Shown here piece by piece: positions 50,653 through 61,629 of a DNA stretch of 64,000 nucleotides. Numbering within the stretch: the stretch's first letter is position 1; each line of letters begins with the position of its first letter. The notes under the pieces are model-generated. The model had not been told where the DNA came from, searched no databases, and saw only the letters and a list, made by a program, of their open reading frames with translations. The stretch comes from Terriglobia bacterium (GTDB taxonomy: Bacteria > Acidobacteriota > Terriglobia > 20CM-2-55-15): NCBI GenBank assembly GCA_965198225.1, contig CBDAOY010000006.1, positions 256,001-320,000 on the forward strand, read 5' to 3'. The translations under genes and the position numbers were made by a program.

Positions 50653-53600
50653 CTATGGCACCGGCACCCGTTCCTTCAGTTCTTCAAACCAGTTGAGAAT
50701 GATGTTGATCTTTGGCGCCGGGGCCTGCTCGCCCTCGGTTCCCCCATCGGCCACCGGTACGGTCGCCACGAATCGTTCCCCGTTGGGCATGGTGTCAAGA
50801 TTCCTACCACTACCGGGGGAGTTACCTATGGGGATAGGCTGTGGGTTACCAAATGTCACGGCTGGACTAGGGCGTGTTAACACTAACGTAGTGCCTCGAC
50901 GATGAGTGCGAAGTGAAGGAAGGCGAGGAACATGACGTCGAGTTTATCGAAACGGGAGAAGATACGCCGAAAACCCTTGAGTCGGCGGAAGAGCCTCTCG
51001 ACTTCGTTCCTGCGGCGGTAGAGCACGCGGTCGTATTCCCACGGCTCCAGGCGGTTGCGCTTGGGCGGCACGACGGGAATCCACCCAAAATCCAGAGCCA
51101 ATTGGCGGGTCTGGTCGTCTTGGTAGGCACGGTCCATCAGCAGCGGCAGCGGCGCGGGCAACGGCCCCAGGCCGGCGAGCAGCTCGCGGCCCTGCGGGGC
51201 GTCGTGCGCTTGGCCGGGCGAGAGCGCAAACGTTATCGCCGTTCGAGCATTCGCGGCAACCAGATGAATCTTGGTGGTCCATCCACCGCGGGATTTGCCG
51301 ATCGCTTGCGGACCGTTTTTTTTAACGCTCCCGTGCCGTCGGGATGCACCTTCACAATGGTCGAGTCCATCGAAACGGCTTCCACCCGGATGCGCACCAG
51401 TTGCTCGCGCTGGAGTTTTTCGAAGACGGCGTCGAGCACCCCGTTCTTGGACCAGCGGTTCATCCGGGTGTAGATGGTGTGCCAGTTGCCAAAGCGCTTG
51501 GGCAGACCGCGCCACTTGCAGCCCTGCTCAGCCACATACAAAATGGCGTTCAAGACCGTCAGGTTCGAAAGACTGACGTTGCCCCGCTGTCGCGGCAGTT
51601 CCGGCTCGATGCGACGATACTGCTCCTGTGTGATCTCCATGCCTGATTATAAAACATTCATGCTCATTAGTGTTAACACGCCCTAGTTTCGATGTCGCCG
51701 GCGATCAGTTGCTGTGGACTGACCCTAAAGAATAACTCGCTGCCCTCAGGAGACCACAAAGGGAATCTCCCTCCTGTCTGAGTAATTTGACTCTTTTGTC
51801 CCGTCGGGGGGAATGGCTGCACATAGATCTCACGTCGCCCAGATTCGTTGGACTGGTAGGCGATCCAGTTCCCGTCCGGTGAGAATACAGACGCCTCCTG
51901 AGCGGTTTCTGGCAGGTCTATGACAACCTCGGGTGCCAGCCCCATCTTCACCCGACAGGGTCCAGATGCCGAGCTATACCGCCTTCGTTGGAACGGAAAG
52001 ACAGCCGTCCGTCGCCGGAATAGGACTCTGGAAAATGTATGTGCCCCTCTTCTGCTGTCGTCAGGCGTTCGGCCACCCCGGTTCCGTCTGCATGCCTCCG
52101 ATAAATGCTAAACGTGGTAAAGGTATCGGGCTGTTCTGCGTCTCTAGTTGACGCAAACGTGATCCACTCTCCATCCGGTGTCCATATGGCCGCCAAGTTT
52201 TGACCGTCAAACGTCATTTGCCGTATGGCGGTTTCGCCGGAAAGGTCGTATATCCAGATGAACCTTCGGTCATCGTCAAATGACGTAACCACCACCTGAG
52301 TTCCATCTGGAGACACGCGGGGACGGCGGTAATCTGCTGGAGGCACGTTCAGGCGTTCTACCACACCGTCGCGGTCTATTAGTGCAAGACCTTGTAAGGC
52401 AGCCGAGCCAGTACCCACAACATAGACAAGCGAACCGTTGCTGGAAAGGCCGAATTGGGTTGCACCGGGAGGAACTGTCGAAACGTCTTCAAGAACGGGC
52501 ACCGGATCGCCCAGAACGGTCAACTCGTCGGCATCAAATGGGACTGCATGAAGTGTATTTTCAACTCCGTAAACAATGTGTCCGCTGGCGGCATAGATCG
52601 GATGGCTACCGAGCGAAATCAGCACACGTTCTTCTCCGGTCTCGAGATTCAGCATCGCAATCTGATAGTTCACCGCTTGTGAGCGGATGGTGTAAAGAAC
52701 GGCCCTACCATTCGGGAGGATATGCGGCCAGAAATGCTGCGTACCCTCCGCCGGCTTGGTGATCACCTCTGGATCGCCCCCAACCGCAGGGACACGCATC
52801 AAACCGGACACGGCACCGCTTGCAAAGATGATGTCCTCGTCAGGGCCCCAGCTCGCGCCGCGAAACTGATAGGTGTCAGGCATGTTGGTAATTGTTTCCG
52901 CCGGACCACCATAGATCGAGATTTTCTTCAGGCTTAAATCGCTTGGGACTCCAAAACCCAACGAGAGGCCGTCAGGTGAGAAGAACGGATTGTCCATTCT
53001 CTCCCCGATGGTTAGAGCGGTTCCTTCAAGCAGATCCACTGGTCTCTGGTAGAAGCCCGGTCCTTCCTCCAAGTCTGCGTTGTAGACGATATGACGACCA
53101 TCCGGTGAGATCGCCAGATGCGTGTACGACAACGACCCAAGAACCACGGAGGGCACGCTCGGCGAACCCGAAATGACGAAGTGTGAAGGATCTCCTGGAG
53201 GCGGTTCCGGCCTTGCGTACCAGACCGCAAGACCCACTACGATGGCCGTGACAACAGACATCACAATCGAAACAGAAAGACGCGACCGGGGCGTTTCTGA
53301 AACACGATCAGCAACCGGCTGCACGATGACGCCGTCGGGGTCAGCAAGAACCTTCTGAATATCCACCCGGACGTCCGCGATGTCGTGGCCCCGGTCCTTG
53401 GCCTCCTTCTCCAGGCAACGCTCGAGGAGCAGCCGAATGCGTGGATGCAGGTTCGGTGGCAGGCTTTTCCAGTCCGGTTCCCTCGCAAGCACCCCGGCGA
53501 GAGTGTCGGACGCGGTGGGGCCTTCATAGACCTGACGCCCGATCAGCATCTCGAACAGGACGCACCCAAACGCCCAGATGTCGGCCCGCTTATCGACTTC

Positions 53601-54190
53601 CTGCCCTCTCGCCTGTTCAGGAGACATATAGGCGGCGGTTCCGAGGATGATCCCCTGTTGCGTCGCAGCCATGCTCAACGTTGGTGAGTTTGAGAGGCTG
53701 GCATCGGCACCGTCGCCGATGAAGGCCTTCGCCAACCCGAAGTCCAGCACCTTGACCTTGCCGTCGGGTGTGACCTTGATGTTTGCGGGCTTCAGATCCC
53801 GGTGGATGACGCCTTTTTTGTGTGCCGCTTCCAGCGCTTCGGCTATCTGGAGAGCCAGCTTGAGGGCTTCTTCGACCGGGATGGCACCGCGCTTCGCCGG
53901 TCCGCCAGCGTGTCGCCTTCGACGAGTTCGAGGACGAGGAAGCGGGTGCCTTCGTGTTCTTCGAGTCCGTATATTGCGGCGATGTTCGGATGATTCAATG
54001 ACGCCAGCAGCTTCGCTTCACGCTCGAACCGGGCCAGCCGCTCTTCATCCTTGGCGAACTCGTCGGGCAACGTCTTGATGGCAACTTCACGCCCGAGCTT
54101 GGAATCCTTCGCACGCCAAACCTCGCCCATACCGCCCTTTCCGAGGGCGGAGAGGATCTCGTAGCTGCCGAGTTGGGTGCCGGGGGTCAT
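50653..54190 (-). pseudogene. K9: kinase-propeller receptor with several frameshifts and an IS5 insertion
   Basis: Start MTPGTQLGSYE at 54190; frameshifts near 53895 and 51940-51975; IS at 50870-51683; ends LNWFEELKERVPVP. Confidence 0.87.
50870..51683 (-). mobile_element. IS5-family element, copy 2 (inverted relative to copy 1)
   Basis: Same TIRs, 814 bp, TA duplication in CTAG; ORFs 51233-51640 and 50883-51515 nearly identical to copy 1. Confidence 0.93.
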
Positions 54191-55581
54191 TGGTTTTCTA
54201 GTTCCGCGGTCCAGTTGACGATGATCGTGACGGGAGGAGGGTCCAGGCTCAATATGATCACATCGTCTTGACTCCAACTCCCACCGGATGGCCGTGGCGG
54301 AGTTTCGGTGATCGTCTGGACCGCCCCTCCGCTGGCCGGGACTCGCTTGAGCAATCCGCCAGCAAAGAACCCTATGGATTCCCCATCCGGCGCCCAGAAT
54401 GGATACAGGGCCCCCTCGGTTCCTGCTAGCAGACGGGGAACCTCTTGATCCAGCCCCTGGATCCACAATTGTGGTGTCCTTGCACCACCGTCAAGAGGCA
54501 CACCGCCATATACGAAACGGCGACCATCAGGAGATAGGGCAAAGCCGAAACGCATGGATTTGGTATCGGGGACGACGGACAGCCGCGTCGGCTGAGCGGT
54601 AGGTTCTGAAGGTCCCGTAAACTGCTGTCCCACAACAGCGACAACTAACAGCAGTAGTGCAAGGGCCCACACCATTCGTTCTTTACGAAGGTTTCCGGGA
54701 ACAGTCGGTGCAGTTTCATCGACCACGGGTGGCGAAAATGCTCCCCCTAGTGCCAGGCGAACATCGCCAACGTCACGAATACGCTGCTTCTGATTCTTCT
54801 GTAGGCATCGCTGAATTGTGTTCGCGACTGCTGGCGGGGCGGAAGCGATTGCCTCCCAATCGGGTTCCTTCATCAGGATCGCAGCTAACGTCTCCGACAC
54901 ATCCGCGGCCTGAAACGCTAATTTGCCCGTCAGCAATTCATACAAGACGCATCCGAACGCCCAGACGTCGGTGCGTTTGTCGACGGTGCGGCCCTTCGCC
55001 TGTTCCGGCGACATGTAGGCCGCCGTTCCGAGGATTACGCCCTGTTGGGTTGCGGTCATGCTCAGGGTCGGGGAGTTCGATAGGTTCAAGTCTGAACCAT
55101 CCTCGGTAAAAGCTTTGGCGAGTCCGAAGTCAAGGACCTTCACTTTGCCTTCGGGTGTGACCTTGATGTTCAACGGCTTGAGATCGCGGTGGATGACACC
55201 TTTCTCGTGGGCGGCTTCGAGTGCCTCTGCAATCTGGAGGGCGAGCTTCAGCGATTCTTCGACAGGGATAGCGCCGCTCTTCAGCCGATCCGCCAGCGTG
55301 TCGCCTTCGACGAGTTCGAGGACCAGGAACCGTGTGCCGTGGTCTTCCTCGAGTCCGTGAATGGTCGCTATGTTCGGGTGATTCAGGGAAGCGAGTAATT
55401 TGGCTTCACGCTCAAACCGTGCCAGGCGTTCTCCGTCCTGTGCGAACTCTTCAGGGAGGGTCTTGATCGCTACTTCACGCCCGAGCTTGGAGTCCCGCGC
55501 ACGCCACACTTCGCCCATGCCACCCTTGCCGAGGGCAGAAACGACTTCATAGTGCGCGAGCTTTGAACCGGCCTGAATCAC
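54187..55581 (-). CDS. K10: kinase-TM receptor with most of the propeller deleted in frame
   Basis: 464 aa; complete kinase and TM, about two blades, then SLDPPPVTIIVNWTAELENQ as in the K6 terminus. Confidence 0.85.
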   Translation of the reverse strand: MIQAGSKLAHYEVVSALGKGGMGEVWRARDSKLGREVAIKTLPEEFAQDGERLARFEREAKLLASLNHPNIATIHGLEEDHGTRFLVLELVEGDTLADRLKSGAIPVEESLKLALQIAEALEAAHEKGVIHRDLKPLNIKVTPEGKVKVLDFGLAKAFTEDGSDLNLSNSPTLSMTATQQGVILGTAAYMSPEQAKGRTVDKRTDVWAFGCVLYELLTGKLAFQAADVSETLAAILMKEPDWEAIASAPPAVANTIQRCLQKNQKQRIRDVGDVRLALGGAFSPPVVDETAPTVPGNLRKERMVWALALLLLVVAVVGQQFTGPSEPTAQPTRLSVVPDTKSMRFGFALSPDGRRFVYGGVPLDGGARTPQLWIQGLDQEVPRLLAGTEGALYPFWAPDGESIGFFAGGLLKRVPASGGAVQTITETPPRPSGGSWSQDDVIILSLDPPPVTIIVNWTAELENQ

Positions 55582-55711
55582 CCGTACATATAACTACAGT
55601 CACGGGTTAACAGCAATCAACAGTCACATGGTCGTGAAACGCCTTCGGGGTAAGTAGGAAACCTCCGAAAAACGGCCCTCGCTCGAAGAATCCAAGTTAC
55701 CGCGATGGCGA

Positions 55712-55810
55712 CTATACATTCTTGTGGAAGCGCTCGACCAGAGCCTGGCGTTCGCCGTCCTTGAGAAGAGCCCACTCTTCTGCGTCAACCGGACTCTCAG
55801 AGTCGTAGCG
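55712..55810 (-). pseudogene. Possible DUF1841-like gene fragment
   Basis: Reads RYDSESPVDAEEWALLKDGERQALVERFHKNV*; resemblance from memory only. Confidence 0.3.
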
Positions 55811-55857
55811 CTTGCGGTGTAGGTGGCTCGGTCGCGCGTGCGGACTCGGCGTGCGCT

Positions 55858-55970
55858 CTAGTGTCCCGTAACCCGAGTATCGCTACACCTACCGATGGGG
55901 CTTGCGAGCCGAGATCGCGGAGTGAGCGAGGACTGATGCTCTCTCATCATGACGAGTGAACGACAAAGAT
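55858..55970 (-). mobile_element. Diverged partial relative of the 12872/14708 MITE
   Basis: ctagtg..gtaac..tatcg..ccgatggg..cttgcg..gatgctct.tcatc..cgacaaaga is collinear with the reverse complement of the MITE right half. Confidence 0.6.
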
Positions 55971-56070
55971 GTCGGCCCCGTTCTGTCCTATAATAGGCCC
56001 GTCTTCACACCACACGAGCGGTTGCGGGGCGGGTCGCGCACGCCCGCCTCCTCCGACACGGAGGTCTATA

Positions 56071-57267
56071 ATGGCGAATCCCTTCATCGGCCGGGCGCTG
56101 TCGGCGATTGCCGGCTTCTTGCTCCTGGCAACATCAGCCGCGACACAGCAGGTCCCTCAGCTCGATTCCTACGATGGAGTTGCCGTGCGGATCCTCCAGA
56201 GTAACAACGCCGGCGACATCCATCACATCATCGATCCGACGACCAACGAGGTAGTCGGGCTCATCAGGGGTTGCCCGAACCCCCATAACCTGACCGTCCA
56301 CCCGGATGGGCTCTATTACTACTGTTCGAACGAAATGGACCAGACCGTCGACGTCTTCGATACGAGGACGCTCGAGCTGGTTCTGCAGATTCCACTGTCT
56401 GCACGGCCGAACAAGATCCTGGTCCACAAGAAGCACCGGAAGATCTACGCCGGCATCGTGAGCCGCTCAGCCAATCCGCTCGGGCCCGGCTTCCAGGCCG
56501 ACGACCCGGACGGCCCGCTGCCTGCGGTGCTCGACGTGATCGACATCGACACCCACACGCTCATCAAGAGCATCGAGGTCCACCAACGGATCCACAACGT
56601 CTTCGCCACTCCGGACGAGAACTACGTGGTGGTCGGCATGAGGGGGACCGTGCGGCCCGGCGAGCCGACGATTCAGGTGATCGACCCGGTCACCGACACC
56701 GTGGCCTGGGGAATCGAGATGTCCGGGTACGAACAGTACGGCAGGACGCATCACGAGGTGCGCCCGATGGCCTTCGAGGCAGCCGATGATGGCTCGACCC
56801 GGCGCATTTTTGCGCAGGCGACGGGCATCAACGCCGTATGGGTGATCGATTGGAACACCCGCCAGGTGGTCGACATGCTGTGGCCGCCGCCGCTGCCGCT
56901 GTGGGAGAAGAACGCCGATGGGATCCAAAGCGGCGACATGCACGGCCTCGAGGTGCTCCCCGACCGGTCGGCGGTGTGGGCGTCGAGCCGCCTCGACAGC
57001 CGGATCTACGGCTGGAGCCTGCCGGATCTGAACTACATCGGCGCCGTGAAGGTTGGCCCGAGCGCCAACTGGATGACCGCGACGCCAGACAGCCGGTACA
57101 TGTACGTGGCGGTCTCTGGCAGCGACCACACGCTGGCCGTGGACCTCGAGAGCCTGGAGGTCGTCGCCACCATCAAGACCGGTGCGCGGCCGGCGCGCAT
57201 CAGCACGGCGATTCTGCCACCCGACCGCGTGAATCCCCCGGGAACCGGCATGCGATTACAGGAGTAG
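56071..57267 (+). CDS. Exported YncE/YVTN-type beta-propeller protein
   Basis: GGAGG RBS, signal peptide, NPHNLTVHPDG, TVDVFDT, ATPDSRYMYVA, VVATIKTGARP. Confidence 0.8.
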   Translation: MANPFIGRALSAIAGFLLLATSAATQQVPQLDSYDGVAVRILQSNNAGDIHHIIDPTTNEVVGLIRGCPNPHNLTVHPDGLYYYCSNEMDQTVDVFDTRTLELVLQIPLSARPNKILVHKKHRKIYAGIVSRSANPLGPGFQADDPDGPLPAVLDVIDIDTHTLIKSIEVHQRIHNVFATPDENYVVVGMRGTVRPGEPTIQVIDPVTDTVAWGIEMSGYEQYGRTHHEVRPMAFEAADDGSTRRIFAQATGINAVWVIDWNTRQVVDMLWPPPLPLWEKNADGIQSGDMHGLEVLPDRSAVWASSRLDSRIYGWSLPDLNYIGAVKVGPSANWMTATPDSRYMYVAVSGSDHTLAVDLESLEVVATIKTGARPARISTAILPPDRVNPPGTGMRLQE

Positions 57268-57273
57268 CGAGCC

Positions 57274-58125
57274 ATGAGTGCCAAACATTTCATCCTCACG
57301 CTCGGCCTCTTCCTGGCGCTGTCCACGTCTGCGGATTCGTTTGGGTTGCTTTCGTCCGCCGCCGCACAGTCGCCTGCGTTCCCGGGCCCATCGGATATCG
57401 AGACTTACCGGAACACCGTCGAGAGCGTCTTCATGGCCGATCGCGGTGGCACCATCGCCGGCTACGCGTCGTGCGTGATGTGCCACACCTGGCAGACGAG
57501 CGTGCGCTTCAGCCTGGAGACGCCCACCACCGAAGCCGGTTGGACCACCGAGCAGTCGCGGCGGAACTTCGACGTGGTGACCCAACTGGTGAACACGGCC
57601 AAGCCCGAGACCAGCCGGCTCCTGCTGAAGCCGCTCGCCGCCAACGCGGGGGGCCTCGGACACACCGGGGGGACCTACTGGACGTCGACGAGCGATCCCG
57701 AGTACCTATCTCTGCTCGGGTGGATCGAGAGCCTGCCCGCAGACCGGTACGTTTCCGGGCCCGAGCCAGAGCTTGATTTCGAGTTCTTTCGCGCGTGCGT
57801 GCAGCAGGTCTTCGCCAACCCCCGGGAGGGCCAGCTCCGCTGCAGCCGCTGCCATTCGGGGGGGCTCATGGGCTTTGCACCCGCTCCTCAGAGCGGCGAT
57901 GCGTGGAGCGACGAAGAGGCGCGGCGGGCCTACCGGGCGATCTCGCGCGTGATCATTCCGGGCAACCCCGAGCAGAGCCGTTTCCTGCTCAAGCCGCTCC
58001 ATCCCGACGGCGGAGGCGGCTACACGCACAATGGACCGCGACGCTGGCAGTCGCGTGACGACCCGGAATGGCAGATGCTGGCTGGATGGGTGCGGGGCGA
58101 ACGGACCGGCCAAAGCTGTCCATGA
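57274..58125 (+). CDS. Exported protein with two CxxCH motifs in an internally duplicated domain (putative diheme cytochrome c)
   Basis: CVMCH and CSRCH, each followed by P-E-x-SR-x-LLKPL...H-x-G...W...DPE...L-x-GW. Confidence 0.75.
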   Translation: MSAKHFILTLGLFLALSTSADSFGLLSSAAAQSPAFPGPSDIETYRNTVESVFMADRGGTIAGYASCVMCHTWQTSVRFSLETPTTEAGWTTEQSRRNFDVVTQLVNTAKPETSRLLLKPLAANAGGLGHTGGTYWTSTSDPEYLSLLGWIESLPADRYVSGPEPELDFEFFRACVQQVFANPREGQLRCSRCHSGGLMGFAPAPQSGDAWSDEEARRAYRAISRVIIPGNPEQSRFLLKPLHPDGGGGYTHNGPRRWQSRDDPEWQMLAGWVRGERTGQSCP

Positions 58126-58337
58126 TCAACTGGGGCTCTGCCCCGGACCCTGTCCCTACCAGACTCTCCATCGCATTCGAAGTTGAGCCTGTGTGTAGCG
58201 AATTCCTCGCGGATCGAAAGAACCTCCTCGCCGACTTGTCCCTGGCGAATTACTATCTGATCAACGATCCTGACCTGGTCGTTGCGCGGCTGTGGATCGT
58301 CAACGAGTCATTCGTCGGTATGTCGATGGGAAGTGCG

Positions 58338-58468
58338 AGGACAATGAAGCGAGAGTTGTCGTGTTCTTCGAGTCCGTAGATCGCAGCGATGGCCGGGTGG
58401 TTGAGCGAAGCCAGGAGTTTGGCTTCACGTTCGAATCCGAGCAACGCGTTCGGCATCTGGGGAAAAAT
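58338..58468 (-). pseudogene. Kinase gene fragment
   Basis: DAERVAR / FEREAKLLASLNHPAIAAIYGLEEHDNSRFIVL. Confidence 0.75.
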
Positions 58469-58511
58469 CCACCTTTCCGAGTCGGCGACTCCCGAGAACG
58501 GAGTCATGAGT

Positions 58512-59560
58512 TCACGCGGGAGTGAGATCGAAGCCCATTCGTTTCGCATGTTGACGAAGACGGGCTTCGTCTCGATCGCGATGCTGTTGTTCGTGTCGTC
58601 GGAAGACAGTTTCGTCGAAGGGATCTTTCGTGTCGAGCAGGTGAAACACGATACGCGCGATCTTGTGCGCAGTCGCGGTGATGGCTTGTGGTCGACCCAG
58701 ACGGCGGGACACGCGTCGGAAGAACTCTCCGAGATAGTTGTCGGCGTGATGAAGCGAATGAGCACCCAGACGGAGTGCGAGAGACAGGCGGTTGCGGACA
58801 CGTCGAGTCTTGGTGAAGAGGACCTTCCCACCAGTGATCTGGCGTTCCGGACACAAGCCGAGCCAGGATGCGAAAGCTGAAGCGTTTCGGAACTGAGATA
58901 CGTCGGTCCCGACCTCACACAGGATCGTGTGTGCAGTGACCGCACTGATGCCAGGGACATCGGTCAGGTCGACTCCGAAAACCCGGTATAACTCTCCACG
59001 CAAATCAAACGTTGTCGGTTCGTAGTGTCGGCGTTGATAGTACCTGTTCTTTGTCTGGGGCGGAGGTGTCGATTCCGACGCTTCGGTTTTCAAGTCGGCC
59101 ATCCGACGCTCGATCTCACCATCGACTTCCTGAACCAGCTGTTGGTAGTACCGGTAACCGCTCAGCGATTGCCGGAGTTGAACACGTGCTCGGAACTAGT
59201 CGCCTTCCAGGGATCGGGCTACCGTGTCTTGACTACTCCGGACTCGCGCGTGACACAGTTTGGCCAGTTTGACCGGGTCGCGATCGCCAGCAAGGATGGC
59301 GTCGATAATGCGCAGTCCGCTGACACCGGGATCGCTCAAGAACCTGCAGATTCATCTGATCCGACTTCTGCATGTGCAGCACGTGCTCTGCTGCCATCTG
59401 GATCAGTCGCCACAGCGCGTATGGCACAGATTTCACCGGGTGGTCTGAAGCTGGCTCGCAACGAATGGAGGTACTGGATCCACTGGCAGTCCGACACATC
59501 GCTTTTTCGGCCCGGGACATTCTTTACATACTGGGCATTGACCAAGCACACCTCAAATCG
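58512..59560 (-). pseudogene. IS110-family transposase remnant
   Basis: LVNAQYVKNVPGRKSDVSDCQWIQYLHS (N-terminal part) and LTDVPGIS...FASWLGLCP...TGGKVL...AITATAHKIARI (C-terminal part), with broken frames. Confidence 0.85.
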
Positions 59561-60003
59561 GGTCCAGGATCTTACACCTTCGACGCTGGTCGTCCGTATT
59601 TTGATCAAGCCAATCGGCCGCTCATGGCCGCTGCGTACCGGGTTGATCCGCGAAGCCAGGATAGTTCCCGCGGCGTCGGGCTTCACGATTCGAATCGAAA
59701 CGAGCAACGCGTTCGGGTCATCATCTGGCAACCCCGGACCCATGCTCCCAAGCGGGCTACTTCAAGCACCAATGTCGATTCGGGCTGTAACTGCCATCCG
59801 ACCGGTATGCCCACACCCTTTCCGACCTGTCGGCGACTGCTCCCAAGGAATAGAACCCTAAGGTATTGATAAATCACGGCAGGCCAAAAACCGGGAAAAC
59901 CGGTCAATCTGCCGCTCGACGGGAAATTCCCTGGCAACCTGTCGAGCTGGCGCAGCCGGCTAGTCTGCGGCTTATCGGGAGTTGGAATGCAAATCCGGGC
60001 CAC

Positions 60004-61619
60004 CTACGGCACCGGCACCTTTTCCTTCAACTCTTCATCCCAGTTCAGGATCACCCGGATCTCATCGTCCGACGGGTCGCTGATCATCAGGAAGCGGTCC
60101 CCGTCGGGATGGAGGTCGTATGAACGGAAGGTGGAGTCCGGATACCGGAACGGGCCATCGAAAAGCCGAACCCTTTCGCCGAAGGTCATCGTTGACGGGT
60201 CCGTGATCTCTGTCGCCCAGATCTGGTTTCCGTTGCGGTAGAACAACTCCCGGCCATCGGGCGACCACAGCGGTTCGATCCCGAAATCAACCGTGTGCAG
60301 GTCCCCGACGCAATCGAGCAAAGCGCATACGAATACCTGGTCGCGACCGCTTTCATCGGATGTGTAAGCCACCCAGTTGCCGTCGGGAGAAAACTGGGCG
60401 AAACGGTCGGAACCCGCGGTTTGGACAAGGAGTTCGGTCTTGTCGTCGTCGACCGACAACAGCCAGATGTCGGCGCCCGTGTCCGGGTGGACATTCCCGT
60501 ATGCGAGCAGACGCTTCTCCGGAAGCCAGGATTCCGGTTGTTGACTGAACTCCTGGTTCAGGATTTCCTGGGCCTGACCGCCCCCGGTCGCATCAATGGA
60601 GTAGAGGTTCATGCTCCCGGACGTGTTCTGGGCAAACACGAGACTCCTGCTGTCCATCCAGAGAAAGCTTAAAATTCGATCCGCTATCTTTGTCGGGACC
60701 CCGCTCGCAATGTCGGTCACGAGGAGCGCCCGGTCCTCCCTCCTCACGGCGACGCGATCGCCACCTGGGGACAGCCGGGGTATTCGGTAATGGCCGGCCG
60801 GTATACCCAGTGGCTCCACGTCTCCCTCTCGATCCACCCACACCAATGCTTCCCGCAGCGGGCGCGGGACATAAGAAAGGGTTCCATTACTCGCGATCGA
60901 ATAGACAAAACCGGTAACCGGGCCGCCCAAAACGTCCGTCAGGATACCGACGTTATTACCAACCGTTGACAGACTCTCCAGATCGAAGGGTGTCGCTGTA
61001 ACTTGTGCGGTCTGGGTGAAGATCAGATGGCCAGTCGGGATGTAGGAAACATCATAGCCAAAGCCTGGGACTAGTACACTCTCCCACTGCATCGTGTCGA
61101 ACGAAAGGACCCCGACGCTGTTCGAGGAAGACACCACGGTAAAAACGACGCCGCCCCCGTCGGGCAAGTAGTGGGGCAAGATGTGTCTTGCCGTCGGGAG
61201 TGACCTTGATGTTCGCAGGTTTCAGATCCCGGTGGATGACGCCTTTCTCATGCGCGGCTTCTAACGCCTCGGCAATCTGGAGTGACAGCCTGAGGGACTC
61301 TTCGACAGGCATCGCACCACGCTTCACCCGATCCGCGAGCGTGTCCCCTTCGACGAGTTCGAGGACGAGGAAGCGGGTGCCGCTGTCTTCTTCAAGGCCG
61401 TAGATGGCGGCAATGTTGGGATGGTTCAACGATGCGAGAAGCTTGGCTTCGCGTTCAAACCGGGCGAGTCGCTCTTCCTCTCGGGCAAACTCTTCGGGAA
61501 GGGTCTTGATCGCCACCTGGCGTCCCAGCTTCTGGTCGGTCGCCTGATACACCTCGCCCATTCCGCCACGGCCGAGCTCAGAAGTAAATTTCGTAATGTC
61601 CCAGCGTCTTTCCGATCAT
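60004..61619 (-). pseudogene. K11: kinase-propeller receptor with a 5' frameshift and a large internal deletion
   Basis: MIGKTLGHYEI at 61619, extra T near 61588; kinase stops at KVTPDGK (~61185) and fuses out of frame to mid-propeller PHYLPDG; ends LNWDEELKEKVPVP. Confidence 0.85.
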
Positions 61620-61629
61620 TTACTCTTCG

